DNA of 64,000 nucleotides from Candidatus Bathyarchaeia archaeon (GCA_035529595.1 DATKWK010000035.1:49067-113066), one strand, 5' to 3'. Positions 28,310 through 39,932 are shown, counted from the stretch's first letter. Numbers and translations are program-made. The notes: generated from the sequence alone by a model not told the origin.

Positions 28310-29680
28310 TCAACCAGATCTCTTCGTGGCCAAATTAGTATCTGCCACGCCGGATATATCAATATTATTCTGTAAAATCTCACGAGTCAAATTAGGATCC
28401 GCAGCACCGTGGGCTTTTGACATAACCTGGCCGACAAAAAATTGCATTAACCCGGTTTTTCCCTCCCGATAGCGTTTGACCTCATCCGGAAATTGTTTTA
28501 ATACCTCGTTGCATAAAGTAATTGTTCCTTTTCTGTCTAATTTTTGTTTTTGCTCTAGTATGTTATTTATTAATTTATCTGGACTAACATTTTCAAATTT
28601 TACTTTTCTGTTGATTATTACGTTAGCAATTTCTTCAGACGAAATTCCCTTTATCAAACCAATCTTAACCGCTTCTTCAAAATAATCAGCCTTTTTTATG
28701 CTTTTTGACAGGCTGGCTGCTTGAAAATCAGAAAGTCTGTAAGCTTTAATCAATCGCTTTCTCTTAACATCAGGTAATTCTGGCAATAGCTTTTTCAAGT
28801 CATCGATCTGCTGTTTTTCCCATCTAACCGGCGGGATGTCCGGCTCCGGGAAATAGCGATAATCGTGGGCTTCTTCTTTACGACGCTGACCGAAAGTAAT
28901 TTGTTTTTCTTCGTCAAAACCCCTAGTTTCTTGAACCGGCACTTCCCCACCCAGTAACATACCAGTCTGCCGCTTGATTTCATAAAGAGCCGCTGCCTTT
29001 AAGAATTTAAACGAATTGATATTTTTGACTTCAATACGGTACGGCGGCAAATCGGTGTGGCCATTTCTTCTTAACGATAGATTTAATTCAAATCGCATCT
29101 GTCCTTTTTCCATGTCCGCATTAGAAATTTTCAAATAACGGGCAATCTCTCTAATTTTACGGGCGTAGTTAAGCATTTCTTCAATCGAATGAATTTCGGG
29201 CTCGGAAACAATTTCGACTAGAGGAACTCCTGAACGGTTAAAATCAATCAAAGTACACTTGTTACCTTCAATCGTCCGATGGATTAGTCTACCGGTGTCT
29301 TCTTCTAAATGAACACGATTAATCCTGATGGTACGAATACCGGAATCTTGAGTTTGGAAAGTTATTTTACCATTTCGGCAAAAAGGCTGGTCATATTGTG
29401 AGATTTGATATCCTTTTGGCAAATCCGGATAAAAATAATTTTTACGATCAAATTTAGAGATTAAAGGAACTTGGCATTCCAAAGCCAATCCTAAAAGAAC
29501 CGTCCATTCGATTGCCTTCCGATTAGGATACGGCAAAGACCCCGGCAGCCCAAGACAAATTGGGCAGACTTGGGAGTTTGGTTTTTTTCCAAAATGATCA
29601 GCCGAACAGCGACAAAACATCTTGGATCTAGTTGCCAGTTCCAAATGGATTTCAAGTCCGATGACTGTTTCGTAAGACAT
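28310..29680 (-). CDS. gatB: Asp/Glu-tRNA amidotransferase subunit B
   Basis: IGLEIH, RKNYFYPDLPKGYQISQ, YRYFPEPD. Confidence 0.96.
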   Translation of the reverse strand: MSYETVIGLEIHLELATRSKMFCRCSADHFGKKPNSQVCPICLGLPGSLPYPNRKAIEWTVLLGLALECQVPLISKFDRKNYFYPDLPKGYQISQYDQPFCRNGKITFQTQDSGIRTIRINRVHLEEDTGRLIHRTIEGNKCTLIDFNRSGVPLVEIVSEPEIHSIEEMLNYARKIREIARYLKISNADMEKGQMRFELNLSLRRNGHTDLPPYRIEVKNINSFKFLKAAALYEIKRQTGMLLGGEVPVQETRGFDEEKQITFGQRRKEEAHDYRYFPEPDIPPVRWEKQQIDDLKKLLPELPDVKRKRLIKAYRLSDFQAASLSKSIKKADYFEEAVKIGLIKGISSEEIANVIINRKVKFENVSPDKLINNILEQKQKLDRKGTITLCNEVLKQFPDEVKRYREGKTGLMQFFVGQVMSKAHGAADPNLTREILQNNIDISGVADTNLATKRSG

Positions 29681-30905
29681 AATTTCTGTCTACCTTCAAA
29701 CTAATAATACCAGTTAAAAGGGCGACCATGCCGATTAAAAGAAGGGTAATCATCACACCGAAAAGATCGGTAATCGTCGCCAAAAAGAAGATAGGCAAGT
29801 AGGAACTGATTATCATCAAGGTACTTAAAGCACCAAAAACTCTACCTCTGATTTCTTCCGGTGTGTTCTCTTGAATCATCGTTAAAGAAGTGATAATCAC
29901 CAAAACCCCGCCAATCCCCAATAGTAAGAGTGTCAGAAATACAAATTGGGAAACAAAGCAAATCTTCGGTGCAATCAAGGCAATAGCTAAGAAACAAACT
30001 CCAATAATCAGCCAACCAAGAGATATTAACCTTTTTCTCCCCCAACTTTTAATTTTTTTTGTAATATAGATACTGCCTAAGATAGCACCAATGCCCACCG
30101 GAAGTAAAACAACTAATCCGGCATCTTTAATATCAATTAAGAGAACTTCTCTTGCTAAAGAGGGAAATAAGATGATACATACCCCAATTAACATTTGCGA
30201 AATAATATAAAACAGAAAAGGATAGAAAACTCTGGGCTTTTTCCGGATAAAGCGATAACTCTCAGCTACATCTTTAATTAAAAGTTGAAGCTGTTCTTCA
30301 AGAGTCTTACCATTATTTTGTTGACGAGGATGATCATGAGGCAAAAGGTAAGCCAGACAACTACCCGCCAGCAGAAATAAGAAGGCTAAAATAAAGGGGA
30401 ATCGGGGAGATAAATATTTAACCAAGGGTCCACCGAGCAATGATCCGGCCAGAATTGAACACTGATTGGTAAATAAAAAAAGGCTATTAGCAACCGGCAG
30501 AGTTTCGGCCTTAACTAAGGCCGGTAGGCTCGCCGCCTCAGCCGGAGCAAAAAATTCATCACAGAGCGAATAAAGAAAAACGATCGTATAAAGCGGCCAG
30601 ATTGTTTCTCCCGCCCCCAGATATAAAAGTACTACCAGAGACTGGGCTAAATTAGTAAAAAGCAATACTTTTCTCTTACTCCAATGATCAATAAAGGCGC
30701 CGGCGAAAAGCCCTAAGAATATCGAGGGAGCCGTATAGACCAGCAAGAAAAGGGAAAGAGCTGTCGTAGAACCAGTCGTTTCATAAATTTTCACCATCAA
30801 AACAAAATTTAACAGATAGGCACTGACTTGGGAAAAGATTTGTGAACCCCAAAGCTTTAAGAAATTTTTGTTTTTTAAAATCTTAAATAGAGATGCTTTT
30901 TTCAT
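29652..30905 (-). CDS. MFS transporter
   Basis: About 12 TM; GAFIDHWSKRK motif A-like; IRGRVFG. Confidence 0.9.
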   Translation of the reverse strand: MKKASLFKILKNKNFLKLWGSQIFSQVSAYLLNFVLMVKIYETTGSTTALSLFLLVYTAPSIFLGLFAGAFIDHWSKRKVLLFTNLAQSLVVLLYLGAGETIWPLYTIVFLYSLCDEFFAPAEAASLPALVKAETLPVANSLFLFTNQCSILAGSLLGGPLVKYLSPRFPFILAFLFLLAGSCLAYLLPHDHPRQQNNGKTLEEQLQLLIKDVAESYRFIRKKPRVFYPFLFYIISQMLIGVCIILFPSLAREVLLIDIKDAGLVVLLPVGIGAILGSIYITKKIKSWGRKRLISLGWLIIGVCFLAIALIAPKICFVSQFVFLTLLLLGIGGVLVIITSLTMIQENTPEEIRGRVFGALSTLMIISSYLPIFFLATITDLFGVMITLLLIGMVALLTGIISLKVDRNYVLRNSHRT

Positions 30906-30959
30906 AAATTTTCTAATTACATTTTCACCCGGAAGGTGAAATCAGAAAGACGGCAAATT

Positions 30960-32384
30960 TTAATCCAGTTTAGGCTTTCTCAAATGCCATGTTGTTGCTT
31001 GCTCATAGGCATAGGCCGCCCGCAAAACCAAACTTTCCGAGAATTGAGGGCCAATAATCTGCATCCCAATTGGTAAACCATCTTTTGAGAAACCACAAGG
31101 AACACTAATCCCCGGTAAACCAGCTAAGGTACTGGGTTCAACCAAAATATCTTGCATTTCACCAAACATCGGGCTATTTTTACTCGAACCGATCTTCAAC
31201 GCTGGACAGGGAGTAGTAGGAGCCACAATTAGATCGATCTCCCTGAATACGCTGGCGAAATCTTCACAAATTAATGTCCTAACTTTCTGTGCTTTTAAAT
31301 AATACTGGTCATAATAGCCATGTGATAAAGCATAAGTTCCGAGCATAATTCTTCTTTTTGCTTCTTCACCAAACTTATTTCTACCGTAACCATATCGAAC
31401 TCCGTCGTAACGGGCTAAATTCGACGACACCTCACTGCGCTGTAAAATTGTATAAACAGCAACGCTAAATTCAGGATCAAGAAGGGAAATCGGCTTTAAA
31501 GTGCAACCCAGTTTTTTTAAAACCATTATTGCCGATCTAATGCCTTTCAAGACTTCTTTATCTACTTTGAGGGAAAAGTACTGTTTGGGTACCCCAAATT
31601 TGATGCCTCTAATACCGGACTTAAGGGTTGATAAATAGTCTGGAACCAGCCGAGGGGATAGAGTAGCGTCTTTCTGGTCTTCTCCTGCCAAAACCTGTAA
31701 CACCAGCGCCGCATCTTCAACCGATTTAGTCATCGGGCCGGGACAATCCAGAGAAGAGCCCATGGCAATTAACCCATAACGACTCACTCTACCATAGGTA
31801 GGCTTTAACCCAACTATGCCGCACCATGAAGCCGGTTGCCTAATAGAACCGGCTGTTTCTGAACCGACTGCGGTAATTGTTTCATCAGCAATAACAGCGG
31901 CAGCACTACCACCTGAAGAACCTCCCGGCAGCTTATCTTGGTCCCAAGGATTCCGAGTAGTAAAGAAATCTGACGTTTCTGTCGAAGATCCATGCGCCCA
32001 GGCATCCATATTGGTTTTTCCTAATAGAATCGCCCCGGCGTTATTTAACCTCTCAATAACTGTTGCATCATAAACCGGTACGTAATTCGCCAAAACATTT
32101 GAAGCTGCAGTCGTTCGTAAATTTTTCGTGCAAAAATTATCCTTAATTGCTATAGGGATTCCCAGTAATAATTGGTTTAAATCCCACCCGGTTTTTGCTA
32201 TTAATCTATCAGTATCTCTAGCCTTATCTAAAGCCTGTTGCCGGCAGACGGTAATAAATGCCTTTATTTTCTTATCAATCTTACCAATTCGACTAAAACA
32301 AGCTTTCGTTAATTCGAAAGATGAAAACCTGCGTTTTCTCAAGCCTCTAAGAGCCTGAAAGAGAGTCATATCAAACAATTTCAT
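30960..32384 (-). CDS. gatA: Asp/Glu-tRNA amidotransferase subunit A
   Basis: Amidase signature PGGSSGGSAA, GSIRQPA, RRIMLGTY. Confidence 0.96.
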   Translation of the reverse strand: MKLFDMTLFQALRGLRKRRFSSFELTKACFSRIGKIDKKIKAFITVCRQQALDKARDTDRLIAKTGWDLNQLLLGIPIAIKDNFCTKNLRTTAASNVLANYVPVYDATVIERLNNAGAILLGKTNMDAWAHGSSTETSDFFTTRNPWDQDKLPGGSSGGSAAAVIADETITAVGSETAGSIRQPASWCGIVGLKPTYGRVSRYGLIAMGSSLDCPGPMTKSVEDAALVLQVLAGEDQKDATLSPRLVPDYLSTLKSGIRGIKFGVPKQYFSLKVDKEVLKGIRSAIMVLKKLGCTLKPISLLDPEFSVAVYTILQRSEVSSNLARYDGVRYGYGRNKFGEEAKRRIMLGTYALSHGYYDQYYLKAQKVRTLICEDFASVFREIDLIVAPTTPCPALKIGSSKNSPMFGEMQDILVEPSTLAGLPGISVPCGFSKDGLPIGMQIIGPQFSESLVLRAAYAYEQATTWHLRKPKLD

Positions 32385-32695
32385 TTTTCGATCACCCCTT
32401 TAACTTTATAGAAATGACGGTAAGATTCGGAAGTGCTATCTAAGGTTTGTTTGATTGAAATTGGCGTTTTCGCCACAACATCATCCCGAAATACATTTTC
32501 CAGTCCTGTTACCTGACTGGTTGGTTCACAATTGCCGGTATTTAATTTGTTAAGAATAGCGATATAATCAAGCGTATCCGAAAGTTGTTCTTGAAATTTC
32601 CTTATTTCTTCTTTGTCAAGAAATAACCTGGCTAAACCAGCCATATGCCTGACATCATTTTTGGTAATCTTTGTTTTGTAACCTCTAGCCATCAT
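32381..32695 (-). CDS. gatC: Asp/Glu-tRNA amidotransferase subunit C
   Basis: V.H.A.LARL, NVFRDD; overlaps gatA start; ATG 32695 (track start 32737). Confidence 0.9.
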   Translation of the reverse strand: MMARGYKTKITKNDVRHMAGLARLFLDKEEIRKFQEQLSDTLDYIAILNKLNTGNCEPTSQVTGLENVFRDDVVAKTPISIKQTLDSTSESYRHFYKVKGVIEK

Positions 32696-32764
32696 ACGAA
32701 TTATAGTAACAAAACGACTTTCCTTCAAGAACAACAAGAAGAAGACAACTCAAAAGGAGTCATT

Positions 32765-35344
32765 CTATTTCTTTTTGATAAGAATCTTGCCTTTCTCTGT
32801 GCTGACCAGCACTCTATCGCCCTCATTAACTTGTCCATTAACCATAAGCGATGCCAGTGGGTTAAGAATCGTCTCCTGAATTGCCCGTTTGAGAGGTCGG
32901 GCTCCAAAAACCGGATCGTAACCTTCTTTTGCCAAAATTTTTTTGGCTTCTTGGCTAAACTTAAGTCTTATTTTTTGTTTTTTTAACCTTATCTCGACTC
33001 GCTCAAGCTGAATCTCAACAATTTTTTCAAGCATCCCCAGCGTTAGACTTTCAAAAAGGACGATTTGATCCAGCCGATTGATAAATTCCGGCCGAAATGA
33101 TTTCCTAATAATCTCCCTCATTCTGTCCTCGATTTCTTCAGGCTCTTTTTTCTCTAGCCAAAGATCGCTTCCCAAATTCGATGTCATGATCAGAACTGCA
33201 TTTTTAAAATTTACGGTCCGGCCTCGGCCATCAGTCAATCTTCCTTCGTCCATAATTTGTAACAGTAGGTTAAACACTTCCGAATGGGCTTTTTCTATCT
33301 CATCAAGTAAAATTACGCTGAAGGGCTTTCTCCTAACAATTTCCGTCAATTGTCCGCCTTCTTCATAACCGACATATCCCGGAGGAGCACCAATTAAACG
33401 GGCAACGCTGTGTCGCTCCGAGTATTCACTCATATCAAGCCTAATCATGGTTTTTTCGTCACCGAATAAAAATTCAGCCAAGGTTTTAGCCAACTCGGTT
33501 TTACCGACACCGGTAGGCCCGATGAATAAGAAAACCCCAATCGGTTTGTTTTCTTCAGCGATGCCCGCCCTTGAACGGCGAATACTATTGGCTATTTCTT
33601 TAACGGCCTCCTCTTGCCCTACAATTCTTTTTTGCAATTCTTCTTCAAGGCGGGCCAATTTTTCCGCTTCGGAGGTAACCAGCCGGGCCACCGGTATTCC
33701 GGTCCAACGCGAAACAACCGCCGCAATATCATCAGCCTCAACCTCTTCCTTAATCAATCTCTGATCGACAGGGATTTCCTGCCATCTCTTTCTCAAATGG
33801 CCAAGTTCCCTCTCAAGTTTTGGAAGATGACCATATTTAATTTCTGCCGCTTTTTCTAATTCAACTTCTCGCTCAGCTTTTTCCAACTCTAGCTTTAATT
33901 TTTCAATTTCTGACCTCGCCGAATTGATTTCCTTAACAATCCCTTTTTGTCTTGTCCAAGATAGTTCTTGCTTTTTTGCCTCCTCACGCAAGTTGGCAAT
34001 TTTTTTATTCAAAAGGCGCTTCTTCTCCTCAACCTCACTCCCCTTCTCTTTCTTCAAAGCCGCCAGTTCAATTTCCAATTGGGTGATTTTTCTCTTCAAC
34101 TCATCAAGATCAGCCGGCAGAGTCTCAATCTCAATTTTTAAAGCAGAAGTTGCTTCATCAATTAAATCAATCGCCTTATCCGGCAAAAAACGATCAGAAA
34201 TGTATCGTGAAGAAAGAGTAACTGCGGCAATAATAGCCTCATCGGTGATTTTGACGCCATGATGAAGTTCGTATTTTTCCTTAAGCCCACGTAAAATAGA
34301 GACGCTGTCTTCAAATGTCGGTTCTTCAACTAAAATCGGCTGAAAACGTCGCTCCAGAGCAGCATCTTTTTCAATTTGCCTGCGATACTCATTTACGGTG
34401 GTAGCACCGATGGCATGTAAAGTACCGCGAGCCAGTGCCGGTTTAAGCATATTTGAAGCGTCAACTGCGCCTTCAGCAGCGCCAGCTCCAACAAGAGTAT
34501 GAAGTTCATCCATGAAAATTATATATTTACCGGAAGCTTTTTCGATTTGATTCAAAACCGTTTTCAGTCGTTCCTCGAATTCACCTCGATATTTAGAACC
34601 GGCTAGAAGAGAAGATAGATCAAGAGCTAAAACCTCCTTATTCTTCAAACTCTCCGGTACATCCCCGGTTATTATTCTTTGAGCCAATCCTTCAACGATA
34701 GCTGTCTTACCTACACCAGGATCTCCAATTAAAACCGGATTGTTTTTCGTGCGCCGGGAAAGAACCTGCATCACTCTCCGAATCTCTTTATCTCTGCCAA
34801 TAACAGGATCCAACTTACCTTTTTTGGCTAAATCTGTTAGGTTGGTAGTGTATTTTTCCAACACCTGATATTTTGACTCGGCAGTTTTGTCGGTTGGTTT
34901 CTGATCTCCTCTAATTACCATTAAATTCTCCCTGATCTTACTTTCATTGATATTATATTTCTGTAGTATAGTTCTTGATTGGCAGTCTGTCAATAAGAGT
35001 GCTAAAAAGAGGTGTTCTTGCGTTACAAAATCATCCTTCATCTTCTTTGTTTCAGTAAAGGCTTTTTCCAGTACTTTTACCATGACTGTAGATAAGACTG
35101 GTGACACCTTTTCATCTCCTACTCTAGGTAGAGAATCAACTGCTTCTTCCACTTCTTCGATCAGTTCAACCGATGAAGCAACCAATCCCTCCAATAAATG
35201 AGATATCAGACCGTCTTCTTCCAGCAATAACGCCAATAATAAGTGAAGATCCTCTACCTGAGAATTCTTATTTTCTGAAGTCAGTCGAATGGCATAAGAT
35301 AAAGATTCCTGTGATTTCTGAGTCAGCTTGCTTAGATCGGGCAT
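32765..35344 (-). CDS. clpB: ATP-dependent disaggregase ClpB
   Basis: Two AAA modules ([16 protein letters not shown]), coiled-coil middle domain, AAEIKYG. Confidence 0.95.
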   Translation of the reverse strand: MPDLSKLTQKSQESLSYAIRLTSENKNSQVEDLHLLLALLLEEDGLISHLLEGLVASSVELIEEVEEAVDSLPRVGDEKVSPVLSTVMVKVLEKAFTETKKMKDDFVTQEHLFLALLLTDCQSRTILQKYNINESKIRENLMVIRGDQKPTDKTAESKYQVLEKYTTNLTDLAKKGKLDPVIGRDKEIRRVMQVLSRRTKNNPVLIGDPGVGKTAIVEGLAQRIITGDVPESLKNKEVLALDLSSLLAGSKYRGEFEERLKTVLNQIEKASGKYIIFMDELHTLVGAGAAEGAVDASNMLKPALARGTLHAIGATTVNEYRRQIEKDAALERRFQPILVEEPTFEDSVSILRGLKEKYELHHGVKITDEAIIAAVTLSSRYISDRFLPDKAIDLIDEATSALKIEIETLPADLDELKRKITQLEIELAALKKEKGSEVEEKKRLLNKKIANLREEAKKQELSWTRQKGIVKEINSARSEIEKLKLELEKAEREVELEKAAEIKYGHLPKLERELGHLRKRWQEIPVDQRLIKEEVEADDIAAVVSRWTGIPVARLVTSEAEKLARLEEELQKRIVGQEEAVKEIANSIRRSRAGIAEENKPIGVFLFIGPTGVGKTELAKTLAEFLFGDEKTMIRLDMSEYSERHSVARLIGAPPGYVGYEEGGQLTEIVRRKPFSVILLDEIEKAHSEVFNLLLQIMDEGRLTDGRGRTVNFKNAVLIMTSNLGSDLWLEKKEPEEIEDRMREIIRKSFRPEFINRLDQIVLFESLTLGMLEKIVEIQLERVEIRLKKQKIRLKFSQEAKKILAKEGYDPVFGARPLKRAIQETILNPLASLMVNGQVNEGDRVLVSTEKGKILIKKK

Positions 35345-35347
35345 AAC

Positions 35348-36244
35348 TTAAGCCATCTCTTTTAACTTCTTTATTCTTTCCCCAATCGGTGGATGGGTAT
35401 TAAAAAAAGAAGCAAACCAACCTATCTGGTCATGCCGGTTTTTTAAAGGGTTTGCAATATATAAATGGGCGGTTGCCTTATTAGCTGCCTCCAACGGTTC
35501 CTTGTCTGAAGAAATTTTTTCCAGAGCCCGAGCCAGTCCATCCGGAAATCGAGTCAGCATAACTCCTGAAGCGTCGGCTAAATATTCCCGACTTCGGGAA
35601 ATAGCAAGTTGAATTAGTTTGGCAATTAATGGGGACAAAAACGCTAAAAACAGACCAATCAGGAGAAGAAGACCCCCCTTGCTCTTTCTTCGTTCGCCAC
35701 CTTGCCAATGAGAACTGCGCAGCAGCCAGTCTGCCAAAAGAGTCACGAGTCCAACCAAGACAGTTACGATAGACATCAGTCGAATATCAAAATTTTTGAT
35801 ATGCGCAAGCTCATGTGCAATTACCCCTTCAAGTTCAGTTCTATCTAATCTCTTAATCAATCCCGAAGTAGCGCAGATTGAAGCATGCTGAGGATCACGG
35901 CCAGTGGCAAAGGCATTCATCGCCGTATCCTCAATTAGGTAAAGCTTCGGCATCGGTATTTGAGCTGCCATTGCCAAATTTTCTGTAACCGTGAAAAATT
36001 GGAAATTTTTTTCACGAGAAGCCGGCTGGGCCTGGGACAAAGCTAAAATAATTCTGTCGCCTTGATAATAACCAACCAAACTTGATAGACCAGTAAGCAA
36101 CAAAGCCCAGCCCACCACCGAAAGTCCGTATCCATAAGCACGAGAGAACACATAAATAGTTAGGGTTAAGAAACCAACAAATAGGGCAATAATTAAGGCA
36201 CTTTTCCTCTTGTTAGCATCAATCTGTTCGTAAACATTAAGCAT
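35348..36244 (-). CDS. htpX: Zinc metalloprotease HtpX (M48)
   Basis: NAFATG, HELAH, SREYLAD, THPP. Confidence 0.93.
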   Translation of the reverse strand: MLNVYEQIDANKRKSALIIALFVGFLTLTIYVFSRAYGYGLSVVGWALLLTGLSSLVGYYQGDRIILALSQAQPASREKNFQFFTVTENLAMAAQIPMPKLYLIEDTAMNAFATGRDPQHASICATSGLIKRLDRTELEGVIAHELAHIKNFDIRLMSIVTVLVGLVTLLADWLLRSSHWQGGERRKSKGGLLLLIGLFLAFLSPLIAKLIQLAISRSREYLADASGVMLTRFPDGLARALEKISSDKEPLEAANKATAHLYIANPLKNRHDQIGWFASFFNTHPPIGERIKKLKEMA

Positions 36245-36310
36245 AGAATTAAAACCCTGTCACTATTATCTAGTAACCAGAAAATAAATTCATAAAATCA
36301 ACCATTATGC

Positions 36311-36904
36311 CTAGTTTAATTTTACCTTCGGCGTTTCGACTTCAGCTTCCGATACTTCTACATGCTTTCCAGTCTCCGGTGTTTTTAGTCCTGCCTCTTT
36401 CTTAAAGCCAAACATTTGGGCTACAAACATACCTGGAAAAGTCGCTACTCTAACATTATAATCTGCTGTCAAGTCAATTAATGTTCGCCGCGAATACATG
36501 ATTTTATCGGCCGTATCACGAACTTCATCCATCAATTTCACCGTCGGTTGAGCAGCTTGGAGTTGTGGTGTACTTTCAAATACCGCTCTGATTGGCGCTA
36601 GAGCCTTTTCCAGCCGGCTACCGGCCTCTACAAGATTATCCGCTCCACCCTCTTTAATTGCTCCCAATACAGCTTTCCTTGCCTGGGTAATTTCGTCAAA
36701 AATCGATTTCTCGTGCTTCATATAACCCTTGACCGACTCGACCAAGTTGGGAATCAGATCTGCCTGCCGCTTTAGCTGATTACCGATTTCTTGGATAGAA
36801 GCACCAATTCTCGTTTTTGCTTTAACAAACCAATTATAGCTATTCCAAAGATACGCAATAACTATAATAACCAGTGATAAAGGAATCAGAAACATAATCT
36901 TCAC
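36311..36904 (-). CDS. lemA: LemA family protein
   Basis: QLKRQADLIPNLV..VKGYM.HE, YN....FP. Confidence 0.92.
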   Translation of the reverse strand: MKIMFLIPLSLVIIVIAYLWNSYNWFVKAKTRIGASIQEIGNQLKRQADLIPNLVESVKGYMKHEKSIFDEITQARKAVLGAIKEGGADNLVEAGSRLEKALAPIRAVFESTPQLQAAQPTVKLMDEVRDTADKIMYSRRTLIDLTADYNVRVATFPGMFVAQMFGFKKEAGLKTPETGKHVEVSEAEVETPKVKLN

Positions 36905-36921
36905 CTCCTATCAAGTCAATG

Positions 36922-38715
36922 TCATTTTGTAATTAGCCACTGACTAATTCTATCACAATCATAAGAATTTAAAATATCCTTTTTTTCGACCCAGCCCCGA
37001 CGGGCCACCGAAACACCATATTCTATGTTATTCATTTCCCGAAGGCTGTGCGCATCTGAATTGATCGCTATTTTCACTCTTCTTTTCACTGCTTCCCGAA
37101 CTAAAGCATCAGGCAAATCCAGTCTTTCCGGAAAAGCATTAATTTCCAAGGCCTTGTCATGCTTTAAACAAAAATCAAAAATTTTATCCCAGTCTAATTC
37201 ATATTCTTCTCTTTTCCCCAGTTTTCTCCCTGTCGGATGAGCTAAAATCTTTACCTTTGGATGATTTAACCCGTATAAAATTCGTCGAGTCATCTTTTCA
37301 CGAGTGATTCTGAATCCACTATGAATAGCAACAATAGCAAAATCAAGCATTTCTAAACCTTCAGCAGGCAGAGCTAGTCTCCCATCAGGTTTAATATCAA
37401 CCTCTAGAGCATTAAATAATTTTAAGTTAAGGTTACTTTTATTACTCGAGTAATTTATTCTCTCTATAAGCTCTTTTTTAAGCCTTAATAAGTCAATAAT
37501 TTGCCTGGCGCTATGTTGACTCACGCTCGGATTATGTTCTGAAAAGGCCAAATAAGTATAGTGATGTCTAATTGCTTCGCTGATCATTTCCTTCATCGAA
37601 CTCTCACCTAGATCATGGCTCGGTTCAATTTGGAAGCTTGAGTGAAGATGCAAGTCTCCTTTGATGTCTGAGATTTCTACTAACACTGGTAGCTTCCGCT
37701 CTTGCGCGGCTTCAATTTCACCGGTATCTTCTCTTAATTCCGGAGGAATCCAAGATAAACCGATTGCTTGGTAAAAATTCTTTTCGTCGGCATATTCGTC
37801 CAATTTGCTTCCTCCTCCGATTAGTTTTCTCTTAACCCCGTATTCGGATAGACTTAGTCCTTTTTTCTGGGCGATTTTTCTGAGATGAATATTGTGTTGT
37901 TTTGATCCCGTGAAGTGTTGAAGCAAGGCTCCATAGGCCGAGGGCGGTTTTGTCATTAGATCAACGCTGTGTCCGGAACGGAGCATTACTGAAGCAGTTG
38001 TCTTACCGACCTCAATCAGCCTTTTAATATCCGGGTAGTCAACAAAACGGGCAATTACTTTTTTAGGTTCGTCTGTGGCAACTGCCAGATCAATATCACC
38101 AATAGTAGCGCATTTTCGTCTTAAAGAACCCAAAGGATCAACTCGCAATACAGTTTTTTCTTCTTTTATAAAAGCAATTAGTTTTCGCGCTAATTGCCAG
38201 GCAAAAGGTAATAAAATTCTTCTTTCTCGCCGCTTCAGTTCTCGAATTGCACGAAGAAGATTTTTTTCCGATTCTTTGCCAAATCCTTTGATTAGTCGTA
38301 TTTTTTTTAAACTAGCTGCTTTTTCTAGCTTCTTGATTGCACCTTCTGCTCTGTTTATGCCTAAATTTTGGTAAAGTTTCCAGGCACTTTTAACCCCAAT
38401 CCCGGGTATATCTAAAAATTCAAAAACAGCCGGAGGTAATCCCTTGAGAACCTCTTCAAAATGTTTTACGGTTCCTATTCTGAATAACTCACCCAGATGA
38501 GAAGCAATGCTGGTACCGATCCCGGGCAAAGATACCAATTGATTATCTTCCCATAAATCTTTTACTTCTGAAGTCGCCTGATCAACCGCCGTAGCGGCTC
38601 GCTCATACGCCAACACTCGGAAACGCGATTCTCCTTTAATCTCGTAAGCAGCCGCAATTACCCGTAAAAGCTTGGCAATTTCACTATTATTCATGTCTCT
38701 ATGCAATCTCATCAA
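36922..38715 (-). CDS. polX: DNA polymerase X family / PHP 3'-5' exonuclease
   Basis: GSLRR, GDID, VDL, HFTGS, IPPELRE, DLHLHS PHP domain. Confidence 0.95.
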   Translation of the reverse strand: MMRLHRDMNNSEIAKLLRVIAAAYEIKGESRFRVLAYERAATAVDQATSEVKDLWEDNQLVSLPGIGTSIASHLGELFRIGTVKHFEEVLKGLPPAVFEFLDIPGIGVKSAWKLYQNLGINRAEGAIKKLEKAASLKKIRLIKGFGKESEKNLLRAIRELKRRERRILLPFAWQLARKLIAFIKEEKTVLRVDPLGSLRRKCATIGDIDLAVATDEPKKVIARFVDYPDIKRLIEVGKTTASVMLRSGHSVDLMTKPPSAYGALLQHFTGSKQHNIHLRKIAQKKGLSLSEYGVKRKLIGGGSKLDEYADEKNFYQAIGLSWIPPELREDTGEIEAAQERKLPVLVEISDIKGDLHLHSSFQIEPSHDLGESSMKEMISEAIRHHYTYLAFSEHNPSVSQHSARQIIDLLRLKKELIERINYSSNKSNLNLKLFNALEVDIKPDGRLALPAEGLEMLDFAIVAIHSGFRITREKMTRRILYGLNHPKVKILAHPTGRKLGKREEYELDWDKIFDFCLKHDKALEINAFPERLDLPDALVREAVKRRVKIAINSDAHSLREMNNIEYGVSVARRGWVEKKDILNSYDCDRISQWLITK

Positions 38716-38819
38716 TTTTATACTAACACATAAAAATCGGATAGAAAATAAGCTATCTGTGAAACATGAATTTTCTGTATACCTTACACAAATTAAGAGG
38801 AATATTGGCGGCGAATTTA

Positions 38820-38848
38820 TTGACTGAATAGGTAAAATTTGATACTAT
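38820..38848 (+). promoter_or_regulatory. Sigma70-type promoter of tRNA-Asp
   Basis: TTGACT-N17-TACTAT just upstream of the tRNA. Confidence 0.6.
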
Positions 38849-38859
38849 GCTCCATAATT

Positions 38860-38935
38860 GGGGTTGTAGCTCAGCTTGGTTTAGAGCGTTGCCCTGTCAA
38901 GGCAAAGGCCGCGGGTTCGAGTCCCGTCAACCCCG
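38860..38935 (+). tRNA. tRNA-Asp (GTC)
   Basis: GGGGTTG...TTGCC CTGTCAA GGCAA...GGTTCGAGTCC...CAACCCCG. Confidence 0.95.
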
Positions 38936-39058
38936 CTTTCTCCTGCCCCCGATATTAGGTATTAGCACCCGAAGCATGATTTATTTTGTTTATTTGCATA
39001 AAATTAATCAATTTTTCAGCTTATTGTCGAACCTGCCCCGAGAATAGAGAGAAAGGGG

Positions 39059-39682
39059 GTGAAAAAGAAAATCATGAGCAAAAACCGGCTCAAAAACACT
39101 CTCAAAAAAATTAGGTTGAATGAAAGATCAATTAGCCGTACACTGGGAGCCCTGGTTTTGCTGGTAATCGGTATCCTGCTCTTTAACTATTACCAGGGTA
39201 TCAGAGGAGATGTAATTGCACCGGAAACGCCAAATGAAGAAATTACTCAGGAAACAGGTCCGGTTAAATTAATTGAAGAGGAAGGTAAAATCGTTCCGGA
39301 AGGATTGCCAACGGAATACACTATTGAAAGCAAAGATAATCTTTGGAAAATTGCGGAAAAGTTTTACAGTTCCGGTTATAACTGGGTTGATATTGCCAAG
39401 AGTAATAATATTCGTAATCCAGATTTTATCGTCGCCGGGCAAAAAATAACCCTGCCAAAGGTTGAAGTAAAGAAAATAACAATCGATCCACTGGTGGCAG
39501 GAATTGAAGCAGAAAAATCAATATCGGGAGAAACTTACCGGGTCCAAAAAGATGACAGTTTGTGGAAAATCGCTCTCAGGGCTTATGGCGACGGTTATCA
39601 ATGGATAAAGTTAGCCCAAGCTAACAATCTAACCAATCCCAATATCATTTACCCTGGAAATGATTTAATCGTCCCACGCTAG
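39059..39682 (+). CDS. Membrane-anchored protein with two LysM domains
   Basis: TM helix, then YTI..KDNLWKIA..FY and YRV..DDSLWKIA...YG repeats. Confidence 0.9.
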   Translation: MKKKIMSKNRLKNTLKKIRLNERSISRTLGALVLLVIGILLFNYYQGIRGDVIAPETPNEEITQETGPVKLIEEEGKIVPEGLPTEYTIESKDNLWKIAEKFYSSGYNWVDIAKSNNIRNPDFIVAGQKITLPKVEVKKITIDPLVAGIEAEKSISGETYRVQKDDSLWKIALRAYGDGYQWIKLAQANNLTNPNIIYPGNDLIVPR

Positions 39683-39861
39683 AAATAAGTAAGTCTCCCT
39701 GCCTATCCGATATGATATTCTCTTATCTGTCAAGTTCGAGATTCCGCTAAAGCCGGGAATATGTTTGAATTTCATAAGAGACTATTTTGGTAAGAAAATA
39801 ATCTTGGACATAACAGACTGCACCTTGAAGCGAGATTTGCCTTATTATAAACTTGACTGAA

Positions 39862-39932
39862 GCGGGATTAGTTGAGCGGCCCAACGTCACCTTCCCAAGG
39901 TGAAAAGACGGGTTCAACTCCCGTATCCCGCT
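39862..39932 (+). tRNA. tRNA-Gly (CCC)
   Basis: GCGGGAT...TCACC TTCCCAA GGTGA...GGTTCAACTCC...ATCCCGCT. Confidence 0.93.
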
